NCBI GenBank assembly: GCA_964016885.1
Contig: OZ024746.1
Coordinates: forward strand, 89,900,001-89,964,000
Direction: 5' to 3'
Origin: Eledone cirrhosa
Lineage: Eukaryota
Length of the DNA stretch: 64,000 nucleotides
Shown here: positions 43,410 to 54,921 of the stretch, piece by piece
Position numbering within the stretch: position 1 is the first letter of the stretch
How the letters are laid out: each line of letters starts with the position of its first letter
The notes under the pieces: generated by a model
What the model saw: the letters and a program-made list of their open reading frames with translations, nothing else
The model's database searches: none
What the model was told of the DNA's origin: nothing
Program-made: the position numbers and the translations under genes

Positions 43410-43610
43410 TGGTTTCTGATCTAGACACGAGGTAAACAATTGGTGGGTAGGAAAGAGTCGATTAAATCATCTACTCCACTGATTTACTGGTATTTATATT
43501 GTCCAATCAGTAAGGATGAAAAAACGGAATCGAACCGAGGGGAGATTTGAACGCTGAACTTAATTATAAGCTGCAGAGTATGTTGGCGAACGCTTTACCA
43601 ATACATACAA
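43410..43610 (-). mobile_element. Old SINE related to the dominant family
   Basis: tactggtatttatattg..taaggatgaaa...gatttgaac. Confidence 0.55.
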
Positions 43611-44238
43611 ACCACAAACCTGATATCTTTCCTTTATAATATTAAAGTTGTTTTCTAATTGAGCATTGTTTAAAGTCAGCTAAAACGATTTCCATTTATA
43701 TTGTTTTTGTATTGGATTTTTCTGAATTTACATTACTCCTAGAACTACTCATTTCACCCGTTTATACTGCAATTCAGACAGCTTTAGTACAAATAATAAT
43801 TGAGTCTCGGTGTTGGGGGAAGAGCGAATGAACTAATATTGGTTATTTTTGCTAAATGGTAAGATTGCATTTAAAATTCCTAATTTAATGATAGTTATGT
43901 ACAATTTGCCGCCATATATGTGTATTTGATTACCTTCGAAAAAGTAAACCAAAGAAGGAGTCGCCCTATAGGAGAAATAAATAGCAAAGTTGCTAACGAA
44001 TGATATGAAACACTGCTTCCACAGACTTTTACGCAGATGATAACAGTATACTAAGTAAATATACCTACAGTAAATACTATTATGTTTACACTAATTACAG
44101 GCATACGATATATTAATATCAGAGTAGTTGTGCTAGTAATAAATGATAGAACAACTATTAGGAAAAGTACCGTTAGATAATTCTGCCAATTACAACCTTC
44201 ATTAATTTTAGGAAAATCTCTGTTTACAGTTTGTCGAT

Positions 44239-44314
<76 letters not shown>

Positions 44315-44377
44315 GTCCCAAGGCTCTGATACCATCAACACTATAAACACAGAACTGGCATATCTAAGAACTGACTA

Positions 44378-44433
44378 ACTGCCTGATGAGGTCATAGCCA
44401 TTCAATGACTATCATCGAAATATATATAGCAGT
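44378..44433 (+). ncRNA. Minimal type I hammerhead ribozyme motif in a short pLTR remnant (44313-44470)
   Basis: Stem I actgc/gcagt, CTGATGA at 44383-44389, stem II gtcat/atgac, GAAA at 44417-44420, stem III t-atat-a, AUA site, followed by AATAAA. Confidence 0.78.
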
Positions 44434-44470
44434 AAATAAAGGATTATGAGTTCATGCAATTGACTTATGT

Positions 44471-44602
<132 letters not shown>

Positions 44603-44692
44603 GGAAAAAGATGAGTATTGATGTAGTACAATACTCATCTTTTTCCATTTATCTGAGGGTTCTAAACCGCATTATCAGGTAAAATTTCTTTC

Positions 44693-44737
<45 letters not shown>

Positions 44738-44999
44738 CGGCGATGAATTAGTTTTGCGAGGTTTTTTATATGAAATCGTGTGTCGAAACAGATATTGTTA
44801 TATTTGGGGAGGGTCATATTTGCGTAATATTGCCAGAATTAATAACAGAACACACTCACTGTTTGGTTGGTTTTCGCTTCTCGCTGTCTTTTATATATAT
44901 ATATCTGCGATCTAACTTACTCGGTCCTCAATGTTGCCATTGACTGACCGGCGGTCAAAAATAATACAGATACAATATAGACAAACACATATATATATA

Positions 45000-45046
45000 G
45001 TTTACATAAATCTTTCGTTGCACATCTGCAACATCGTCAGTGGTGT
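45000..45046 (-). ncRNA. Hammerhead-like motif in PLE 3' UTR/pLTR (mirror of 52510-52556)
   Basis: CTGACGA t gttgca-gatg-tgcaac GAAA gattt a. Confidence 0.6.
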
Positions 45047-45319
45047 TATATTCATTGTTCCTCCTGTTGTGTTGTATGTCTACGCCATTTTTGTTTGTGT
45101 TCAGTCTGTCTATATATTTATTTATTTATTTATTTGCTTGTTTGTTTATCTTATTTTATTTTGTCTTCTTTGCGCATGCGTTTGCGTGTGTGTATAGTGT
45201 TATGTGTGATGTGTGACTAGTGTGTATAGTGTTGTGTCTGCTGGGTGACTAGTGTGTGTTTATGTGCTTGTGTATGTATTTATTTATCTTATTTTATTTA
45301 ATTTAATTTACTTATTTAT

Positions 45320-48300
45320 TTATACTTCTCTTAGGTCAGTGTTGTTTGTTTGGGTGTTGTTGTTGTTCCACTCATTCTTTCTGTTTAGCTTTGGTCTTCT
45401 AATTTCTATTTCACTGGCCTCTCTGATTTGCCTATCTGCTGGGTCATTCCTATGTTTAGATATTATTCTAATTTCTATGTTGTCTATGTTACCGTCATGA
45501 TGTTGTCTAGCATGTTCGTATAGTACTGACCCGTTTTTTCGTCCTTTTAGTTCCCCCCAGTGTTGGTCTATCCTTTCACCTATGCTACGAGCTGTCTCAC
45601 CTATGTATGTTGTTGTCGTGTTTCTGCAAGTACCCTCTGTACATCTTATGCTATAGACTACGTTTCTAGTTTTACAGTTTATCCGGGGGTTCACCTTACA
45701 TATGATACATTTCCTATTGGTACAGTGGGTTTTCTTAAAAGGGTAGGTTTTGCTGATCAGGGATTTTATGGTGGTTCCTGGCTTTTCTACCACCTTTATT
45801 TTTAAGTGGGTCTTTCTCAGGGCCTTTCTACACTGGTTAGCTAATTTCCCTCCAGGGGTGGCGTCCACAAACATGACACTCTGATATCTCTGGTTGTCGT
45901 ACCATGATGTGGCCTTCCCTATCTTATGTCTAGCCCTATCTAAGCTATTCCATGATTTGCTCCTGTATAGTGGGCAAATTCCTTTCATGTCCAGTTCTAT
46001 GAGGGTCTTATACTTTTCCATGGCTCCTTCGTATACTCTGACTCTGTCTCTTTGGTTGTAGCCAGAGAACTGCATGCGGTTGATGAAGTGTTGGATGTGT
46101 CCTTCCATTTCTGTTGGGTCGCACATGCTGGACACATTCTTCATCACTCGTACCAAATCTGCGATCAGAATATTAAACTTAGCACTACTGGACATTGCTG
46201 AGTTTTTGAGTATCAGGTATTTGGAGGCCATGGGTTTAGCATAGTGTGAGTGGAGAATTTGGGCTCTCTCGTCTATAGTGTTAATCCAGAGTTCTGTGTC
46301 TAATACAGGTAGTCTATTGTTAGGGTGTTTGGAAGGGAAGTCTATAGTTACAGTTATACTCTGGTGTATGGAATTAGCTATCTGCTGGACGCTTTCCATC
46401 GTGCTACGTTCTAAATCAAACTTGTTAGTGCTCTCTAGTGGGGGTGTTCTTATAACTATATTGATATCGTCTACATAACGAGAGTACATGATGAGGTCTA
46501 TGGAGCTTTCATTAAGGAGATCTTTAAGTCTCCTTTCCCACCATACCATGAAAAGGTTGGCAACATCGCCAGCTATGCTGACGCCGATGGCTGCTCCCTC
46601 ATTTTGGGTGTAGATTTTCTCATTGAACTTAAATATGTGGCCCTTTAGGGTAGTTTTGATACTAGCCCCTATTGCATGTGCGACCATTTTTCTTACCTGA
46701 TCAGTGTTTTGGGGGGTCCGTATAGCTTTGGTCCACCCAATCCACCTTCCTATGGGAGTCTTTTTAGCCATTGAGGTTATGGTGGGGGGTCTACCTCTTA
46801 TAGGTCTACTAGGGCAGAAACATCTAAGGTCATGGCTGTCTAGGTAGTCAGTGTCGTAGGTAAGTCTAAGTAGGAGGCCCAGTTCGTCTGTGTCGACGTC
46901 GCAGAACTCCACCTCACTCTCAATGATCATCTCCACACATCTTTTCACAGCAAAATCAATGTTAATGGATGGGTACAGTGACACCACATCCATGCTGCCT
47001 ATTATGCAGTTGGATAGGCTCCTGTTTTTGTTGCACTCACTGATTCTGCTGAGGAGGTCCTCTGTACTTTCACATACATCTGGGGACATCTTGATTATGG
47101 GGCGTATAACCATTGAGAGGAAGTAGGAGATCCTGTAGTTGCTAGCTATATTAGCTCCGCATACAGGTCTTGTTGGTGGTCCTATTGTCGGGTCGTCGAC
47201 TGTCTTGTGGTCTTTGCGGAGCCCATACAAGGGTGGTATGCCATTGTTAGACGCCTGGAAGTTGTTGGCAGTGCGTCTGCTTGGCTTTAGGATGTCAGTC
47301 CACATCATCATGTGAGCGTTGAGGATTTTTTCTCTCCCATCGTGTGTTAGTTGTGCAACTTCGCTCGTGTTGGTGATGTGGGGTTGCATTGCCTCGATGT
47401 AGTTCGGCATGCTATCTATTGACATCCTACCAGACTTATCTGTGGGTAGACACACTACCTCACCATCCCTTGTGCGCTGCTTGAGGCTAACCAAGCCTTC
47501 TACAGGTTTTATCCCAAGTTGTTGGGCCTCTGGTCTGCTCTGTCTCATAGTGTACCTGTCTACTACTTGTCTAATCTTATTTCTAGCTATGGTGAACTGT
47601 GCCTCCGTCTCGTCATCTATTTGTTGTGGTATGCAAACTCTTTTATTAAAGGGTAACCTCGTAGGATAGATATTACCCATCTTATATGTTTTGTCAGCTG
47701 GGTTGAAAAATAGTTTCTCTAAGGGGTTGTCGTTATTTCTATCGTCATAGTTGTGTGTGTTGCTATTATTGTTATCATGGTGGTTGTTGTTGTTTCTATC
47801 CTTAGCATTAATATTATTATTGTTATGATTGCTAGATGTATTGTTGTTTACTTCACCGTTATTGTTGTTGTTGTTACTGCTATTTCTACCATTGTGGTTG
47901 TTACTATTATTATGTTTCTTGTTTTTGTTGATGTTGCTACATGTACTATTTCCATTATTACCACTGTGGTTATTGTTGTTGTTGTTGTTCGTATTGTTAC
48001 CGTTATTACTACTGTGGTCACTGTTGTTGTGTCTGTGGTTAACGTTTCTATTATTATTATTATTGTGGTTGTTGTTGTTCTGTCTATCGCTAGTATTATT
48101 ACCATTATCACTATTTCTCACTTTCCTGCCATTGTTATGGTTATGGCTGTTATTTCTATACCCAGAGTTATTGTTTATATTACTACTACCGTTATTATTG
48201 TTGTTGTTGTTTACCTTTGCATTCCAACGTATTTTTGTGAAACACTTTTCCAGCTCCGTTTTGCATTCCATAGGATTAATCTTTTTGTAGATGGCAAATT

Positions 48301-48887
48301 TTGGTGGTAACTTTAGGATTTGTTGTTCTTGTTCACTGATTAAAGTGTTCCCATAGATATTTACTGTGTGGTCATTGGTAAATTCTTCCGGTAGTTTTAC
48401 ATCACTCATACGGATGTTGTCGATGTTATCTGGGTATTTTTGAGAATATTCGATTTTCCTTTCTTGTAGTTTTTTCTTATTCATCCATTCTAATTTCTTC
48501 TTGAAATGCCTACAGCATTCGTTTTGAGCATATTTCGTTTCGCGTCGGATGACGCTCATGAAGTCATCTCTCTCGTTTGCTGTGATGAGATTTCGGATTT
48601 CCTTACCGTTGATGCGTTTTTGTCTGTAGAGTGCGTTGACTTTTGTGTATGTTGTTCTTTTCATATTAACTGTTATTGTGTGTTTTAGCCGTTCAGCTTG
48701 TGTTTTGTTCAATAATAAATTATTTACTTGTTTTGATATGTTTGTTGTGTATGTTTTGGAGGAAACACAGTGTTTTAAGAAGCGGATTTGTTCTGTTGTT
48801 ATTGTAGTTTTTATATAACAGAAAACAGTGTCTTTCAATAACCTTTCAGCTTGGCACAAGCTAATGCCATAGCGGCGATGAATTAGT
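45320..48887 (-). CDS. PLE polyprotein: RT plus C-terminal GIY-YIG endonuclease, uninterrupted but lacking its first ~22 codons
   Basis: PTDKSG, LYGLRKDHK, RPVC, SMDVVSLYPSI, GAAIG, YSRYVDD, LPVLD, CTNRKCIIC linker, NVVYSIRC...YIGETAR...R...H...H...H, RQIREASEI, LNRKNEW. The track start at 48859 is a TTG (Leu), and the frame stays open to ~48887. Confidence 0.95.
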
Positions 48888-48891
48888 TAAT

Positions 48892-51800
48892 ATGAAAAGA
48901 ACAACATACACAAAAGTCAACGCACTCTACAGACAAAAACGCATCAACGGTAAGGAAATCCGAAATCTCATCACAGCAAACGAGAGAGATGACTTCATGA
49001 GCGTCATCCGACGCGAAACGAAATATGCTCAAAACGAATGCTGTAGGCATTTCAAGAAGAAATTAGAATGGATGAATAAGAAAAAACTACAAGAAAGGAA
49101 AATCGAATATTCTCAAAAATACCCAGATAACATCGACAACATCCGTATGAGTGATGTAAAACTACCGGAAGAATTTACCAATGACCACACAGTAAATATC
49201 TATGGGAACACTTTAATCAGTGAACAAGAACAACAAATCCTAAAGTTACCACCAAAATTTGCCATCTACAAAAAGATTAATCCTATGGAATGCAAAACGG
49301 AGCTGGAAAAGTGTTTCACAAAAATACGTTGGAATGCAAAGGTAAACAACAACAACAATAATAACGGTAGTAGTAATATAAACAATAACTCTGGGTATAG
49401 AAATAACAGCCATAACCATAACAATGGCAGGAAAGTGAGAAATAGTGATAATGGTAATAATACTAGCGATAGACAGAACAACAACAACCACAATAATAAT
49501 AATAATAGAAACGTTAACCACAGACACAACAACAGTGACCACAGTAGTAATAACGGTAACAATACGAACAACAACAACAACAATAACCACAGTGGTAATA
49601 ATGGAAATAGTACATGTAGCAACATCAACAAAAACAAGAAACATAATAATAGTAACAACCACAATGGTAGAAATAGCAGTAACAACAACAACAATAACGG
49701 TGAAGTAAACAACAATACATCTAGCAATCATAACAATAATAATATTAATGCTAAGGATAGAAACAACAACAACCACCATGATAACAATAATAGCAACACA
49801 CACAACTATGACGATAGAAATAACGACAACCCCTTAGAGAAACTATTTTTCAACCCAGCTGACAAAACATATAAGATGGGTAATATCTATCCTACGAGGT
49901 TACCCTTTAATAAAAGAGTTTGCATACCACAACAAATAGATGACGAGACGGAGGCACAGTTCACCATAGCTAGAAATAAGATTAGACAAGTAGTAGACAG
50001 GTACACTATGAGACAGAGCAGACCAGAGGCCCAACAACTTGGGATAAAACCTGTAGAAGGCTTGGTTAGCCTCAAGCAGCGCACAAGGGATGGTGAGGTA
50101 GTGTGTCTACCCACAGATAAGTCTGGTAGGATGTCAATAGATAGCATGCCGAACTACATCGAGGCAATGCAACCCCACATCACCAACACGAGCGAAGTTG
50201 CACAACTAACACACGATGGGAGAGAAAAAATCCTCAACGCTCACATGATGATGTGGACTGACATCCTAAAGCCAAGCAGACGCACTGCCAACAACTTCCA
50301 GGCGTCTAACAATGGCATACCACCCTTGTATGGGCTCCGCAAAGACCACAAGACAGTCGACGACCCGACAATAGGACCACCAACAAGACCTGTATGCGGA
50401 GCTAATATAGCTAGCAACTACAGGATCTCCTACTTCCTCTCAATGGTTATACGCCCCATAATCAAGATGTCCCCAGATGTATGTGAAAGTACAGAGGACC
50501 TCCTCAGCAGAATCAGTGAGTGCAACAAAAACAGGAGCCTATCCAACTGCATAATAGGCAGCATGGATGTGGTGTCACTGTACCCATCCATTAACATTGA
50601 TTTTGCTGTGAAAAGATGTGTGGAGATGATCATTGAGAGTGAGGTGGAGTTCTGCGACGTCGACACAGACGAACTGGGCCTCCTACTTAGACTTACCTAC
50701 GACACTGACTACCTAGACAGCCATGACCTTAGATGTTTCTGCCCTAGTAGACCTATAAGAGGTAGACCCCCCACCATAACCTCAATGGCTAAAAAGACTC
50801 CCATAGGAAGGTGGATTGGGTGGACCAAAGCTATACGGACCCCCCAAAACACTGATCAGGTAAGAAAAATGGTCGCACATGCAATAGGGGCTAGTATCAA
50901 AACTACCCTAAAGGGCCACATATTTAAGTTCAATGAGAAAATCTACACCCAAAATGAGGGAGCAGCCATCGGCGTCAGCATAGCTGGCGATGTTGCCAAC
51001 CTTTTCATGGTATGGTGGGAAAGGAGACTTAAAGATCTCCTTAATGAAAGCTCCATAGACCTCATCATGTACTCTCGTTATGTAGACGATATCAATATAG
51101 TTATAAGAACACCCCCACTAGAGAGCACTAACAAGTTTGATTTAGAACGTAGCACGATGGAAAGCGTCCAGCAGATAGCTAATTCCATACACCAGAGTAT
51201 AACTGTAACTATAGACTTCCCTTCCAAACACCCTAACAATAGACTACCTGTATTAGACACAGAACTCTGGATTAACACTATAGACGAGAGAGCCCAAATT
51301 CTCCACTCACACTATGCTAAACCCATGGCCTCCAAATACCTGATACTCAAAAACTCAGCAATGTCCAGTAGTGCTAAGTTTAATATTCTGATCGCAGATT
51401 TGGTACGAGTGATGAAGAATGTGTCCAGCATGTGCGACCCAACAGAAATGGAAGGACACATCCAACACTTCATCAACCGCATGCAGTTCTCTGGCTACAA
51501 CCAAAGAGACAGAGTCAGAGTATACGAAGGAGCCATGGAAAAGTATAAGACCCTCATAGAACTGGACATGAAAGGAATTTGCCCACTATACAGGAGCAAA
51601 TCATGGAATAGCTTAGATAGGGCTAGACATAAGATAGGGAAGGCCACATCATGGTACGACAACCAGAGATATCAGAGTGTCATGTTTGTGGACGCCACCC
51701 CTGGAGGGAAATTAGCTAACCAGTGTAGAAAGGCCCTGAGAAAGACCCACTTAAAAATAAAGGTGGTAGAAAAGCCAGGAACCACCATAAAATCCCTGAT

Positions 51801-52236
51801 CAGCAAAACCTACCCTTTTAAGAAAACCCACTGTACCAATAGGAAATGTATCATATGTAAGGTGAACCCCCGGATAAACTGTAAAACTAGAAACGTAGTC
51901 TATAGCATAAGATGTACAGAGGGTACTTGCAGAAACACGACAACAACATACATAGGTGAGACAGCTCGTAGCATAGGTGAAAGGATAGACCAACACTGGG
52001 GGGAACTAAAAGGACGAAAAAACGGGTCAGTACTATACGAACATGCTAGACAACATCATGACGGTAACATAGACAACATAGAAATTAGAATAATATCTAA
52101 ACATAGGAATGACCCAGCAGATAGGCAAATCAGAGAGGCCAGTGAAATAGAAATTAGAAGACCAAAGCTAAACAGAAAGAATGAGTGGAACAACAACAAC
52201 ACCCAAACAAACAACACTGACCTAAGAGAAGTATAA
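48892..52236 (+). CDS. PLE polyprotein, second (more 5'-truncated) identical copy, 1114 aa
   Basis: Identical translation to the minus copy from MKRTT onward. YVDD at 51079-51090, VVY at 51895-51903, YIG at 51949-51957. Confidence 0.95.
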   Translation: MKRTTYTKVNALYRQKRINGKEIRNLITANERDDFMSVIRRETKYAQNECCRHFKKKLEWMNKKKLQERKIEYSQKYPDNIDNIRMSDVKLPEEFTNDHTVNIYGNTLISEQEQQILKLPPKFAIYKKINPMECKTELEKCFTKIRWNAKVNNNNNNNGSSNINNNSGYRNNSHNHNNGRKVRNSDNGNNTSDRQNNNNHNNNNNRNVNHRHNNSDHSSNNGNNTNNNNNNNHSGNNGNSTCSNINKNKKHNNSNNHNGRNSSNNNNNNGEVNNNTSSNHNNNNINAKDRNNNNHHDNNNSNTHNYDDRNNDNPLEKLFFNPADKTYKMGNIYPTRLPFNKRVCIPQQIDDETEAQFTIARNKIRQVVDRYTMRQSRPEAQQLGIKPVEGLVSLKQRTRDGEVVCLPTDKSGRMSIDSMPNYIEAMQPHITNTSEVAQLTHDGREKILNAHMMMWTDILKPSRRTANNFQASNNGIPPLYGLRKDHKTVDDPTIGPPTRPVCGANIASNYRISYFLSMVIRPIIKMSPDVCESTEDLLSRISECNKNRSLSNCIIGSMDVVSLYPSINIDFAVKRCVEMIIESEVEFCDVDTDELGLLLRLTYDTDYLDSHDLRCFCPSRPIRGRPPTITSMAKKTPIGRWIGWTKAIRTPQNTDQVRKMVAHAIGASIKTTLKGHIFKFNEKIYTQNEGAAIGVSIAGDVANLFMVWWERRLKDLLNESSIDLIMYSRYVDDINIVIRTPPLESTNKFDLERSTMESVQQIANSIHQSITVTIDFPSKHPNNRLPVLDTELWINTIDERAQILHSHYAKPMASKYLILKNSAMSSSAKFNILIADLVRVMKNVSSMCDPTEMEGHIQHFINRMQFSGYNQRDRVRVYEGAMEKYKTLIELDMKGICPLYRSKSWNSLDRARHKIGKATSWYDNQRYQSVMFVDATPGGKLANQCRKALRKTHLKIKVVEKPGTTIKSLISKTYPFKKTHCTNRKCIICKVNPRINCKTRNVVYSIRCTEGTCRNTTTTYIGETARSIGERIDQHWGELKGRKNGSVLYEHARQHHDGNIDNIEIRIISKHRNDPADRQIREASEIEIRRPKLNRKNEWNNNNTQTNNTDLREV

Positions 52237-52509
52237 ATAAATAAGTAAATTAAATTAAATAAAATAAGATAAATAAATACATACACAAGCACATAAACAC
52301 ACACTAGTCACCCAGCAGACACAACACTATACACACTAGTCACACATCACACATAACACTATACACACACGCAAACGCATGCGCAAAGAAGACAAAATAA
52401 AATAAGATAAACAAACAAGCAAATAAATAAATAAATAAATATATAGACAGACTGAACACAAACAAAAATGGCGTAGACATACAACACAACAGGAGGAACA
52501 ATGAATATA

Positions 52510-52556
52510 ACACCACTGACGATGTTGCAGATGTGCAACGAAAGATTTATGTAAAC
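52510..52556 (+). ncRNA. Hammerhead-like motif in PLE 3' UTR/pLTR
   Basis: CTGACGA at 52516-52522, one extra nt, 6-bp stem II, GAAA at 52540-52543, very short stem III. Stem I is weak. Confidence 0.6.
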
Positions 52557-52660
52557 TATATATATATGTGTTTGTCTATATTGTATCTGTATTATTTTTG
52601 ACCGCCGGTCAGTCAATGGCAACATTGAGGACCGAGTAAGTTAGATCGCAGATATATATA

Positions 52661-52741
52661 TATAAAAGACAGCGAGAAGCGAAAACCAACCAAACAGTGA
52701 GTGTGTTCTGTTATTAATTCTGGCAATATTACGCAAATATG
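52661..52741 (+). promoter_or_regulatory. Candidate pLTR promoter/5' UTR: TATAAAAG upstream of the element's true ATG (52739)
   Basis: TATAAAAG at 52661-52668, Inr-like acagt ~30 nt downstream, then an ATG conserved in subfamily B. Sequence inference only. Confidence 0.35.
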
Positions 52742-52756
52742 ACCCTCCCCAAATAT

Positions 52757-52828
<72 letters not shown>

Positions 52829-54855
52829 CTGTTCGGCATAACACCTCCCGGAGCAGAACCGAACGCACGTTGATTCCTTCAAATATTAACTACTCCCTTT
52901 TAAATTACCAATGGGTATTACTCTTTCCAGATTTTAAGGATCAAACCCCAGACGTATTTCCGTGACACAGGCGTCGAACGATTCCTGTGCCTCACTTAAT
53001 TACAAGCGCGTTTTAAGGTTATCTTTCTGGCTTCACAAAATGATAGCTTCATGTTGACCTGGCCCATTGACCATCATATTAGACGCCAAGACCTTGAATT
53101 GCAATGCACTAGACAATTCTATCTACGCCTGCCAATGTGCAGTGGATCAGTTCAATTTCTGGAAGTGTTCGTCGCAGACTGTGATGACTTCGTCATCAAA
53201 CCGGTTGCCAAGTGAAGCGCTGTAGTCGTGTAGCGCACCGAACTCTACAAACCGGAAACATTACACCAGCAGCACAAACCCTTCTACAACTACCTTCTAC
53301 CTCTCATACTATCCGTCAACTTTACGCGAAGTCGAGTCCTGATCATTTCCTGCACTGATTGACAGGCATTTTATGTGCATGAAACATATAACAAAAAAAC
53401 ATTAATACATTTTCTAATAAACACAGAGATAGAAAGCCATACATACTCACACACACCTAAATCTGCGCATATATGTACATACTTATTCTGACTTAACATC
53501 GTATATTGTTGTGCTACTATGGTAATATAACGGCCGTTATATATTCAATTCCATTCCAGTTATTTCACCTATTGAAGAAAGTTCGTATTTTTCGCTTACA
53601 ACATCATTTCACACAATGGCACACAACGTCCATATACGATGCTAATGTACCCAGGCATACATTCACACCATCAGCAACAACACATACGCTCATAGACATA
53701 AAGTGTACTTAGATAAATAACACGCACTCACGTCTCCCTCATTTTCCCTCCTATATCTCTGAACACCATAACCGTTTTAATTCTTCTCTGTGTATATATT
53801 TGTATTCATGTGCTCATGTGAAGTACTAACCTCTGATGTATTGAACTGTTTCTCCCTTTTCCAGGCGTCAACATAATAATACTCTTCCTATTGTATCTTT
53901 GTTTGTTTATATATTAAACTATATATATGTTAATAATGCCAGAACACCTAGTTAAAGTTCTATAATACCAATTTAATATCATTTATTAGTTATTAAGTTT
54001 GTTATTCAAATATCATATAATTATTCAATTAATATTGTATTAATGCCATCGTTATATGTCCCATCTTATACAAACGTATTATTAGAATCAATAATAATAA
54101 TGTGTTAATCACATAATACATTTAATGGAAGAAAAATAGAAATTTAAAAATAGAATCTAGGCAAGTTAATACCAATGTGTTTCATAGCATAACTTCTAAT
54201 ATTTTCAATTGTCACTGAAACTCATATTTCGCTAAAGGGGAAAAGTTTAAGTTGATTTATAGTCATACATTTCAGAGAGTAACAGTTATACACAGAGCCA
54301 TGAATGGTATTTCTTTAAATCCTCAGATGAAATATCTTGTATTGTTTGTTTGGGATCTCAGCTCTCTGAGCACAAACCCCACAGATGTCAAACTTATCTC
54401 CAACACGTTTGGTTTCATAAACATGGAAGCAATCCAACGCAATGTATCGACGGAATCTTTACACAATTTGGCTCGAGGCCTTGTAGTATATTTTCTGATT
54501 TTTGTGTTTTGACGATAAAAACGCGTTACAATTCGAATCGGTCTATTGTTTATTTGGATCTTTTCGTCAGTGATTCTTAAACATATCAATGCTTTGTGTT
54601 ATCAATGTTATCATTACACATCAAGACTTCCATCACTTCCATCACGATATCCATTCTCTTGAAATTTAGATTTATTTTCTTACAATTTGAACGGCATTTC
54701 CTAACAGAGAATTTGCAATACTGAAATGTACACCATAGGTGACAAATATTAGTATTACATCCGAAATCTGAGCAGCATCACACACACGCGTACACACACA
54801 CACACACACATACATACATACAAACACACACACACACACACATACATACATACAA

Positions 54856-54920
<65 letters not shown>

Positions 54921-54921
<1 letters not shown>

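Larger units (their letters stand above)
44734..52764. mobile_element. Young Penelope-like element as a head-to-head inverted duplication (~8 kb palindrome) in (TA)n
   Basis: Arms at 44792-48671 and 48885-52764 map as x to 97556-x, and all mirrored ORF translations are identical. The 213-bp spacer is the extra 5' ORF of the left copy. A 58-bp extra tail lies at 44734-44791, and (TA)n flanks both sides. Confidence 0.97.

Noticed and set aside
48857-48859. Track start codon of the 1179-aa ORF
   Set aside because: It is a TTG that corresponds to Leu32 of the reconstructed protein, not a eukaryotic start.
47753-49803. Hydrophobic 185-aa and 153-aa antisense ORFs resembling membrane proteins
   Set aside because: They are the reverse complement of the AAC/AAT-rich Asn insert.
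49342-49839. Asn-rich insert as an intron (AAG|GTAAAC ... TTAGAG|)
   Set aside because: There is no polypyrimidine tract, the first AG would shift the frame, and the region is already an open frame. RNA-seq would be needed to support it.
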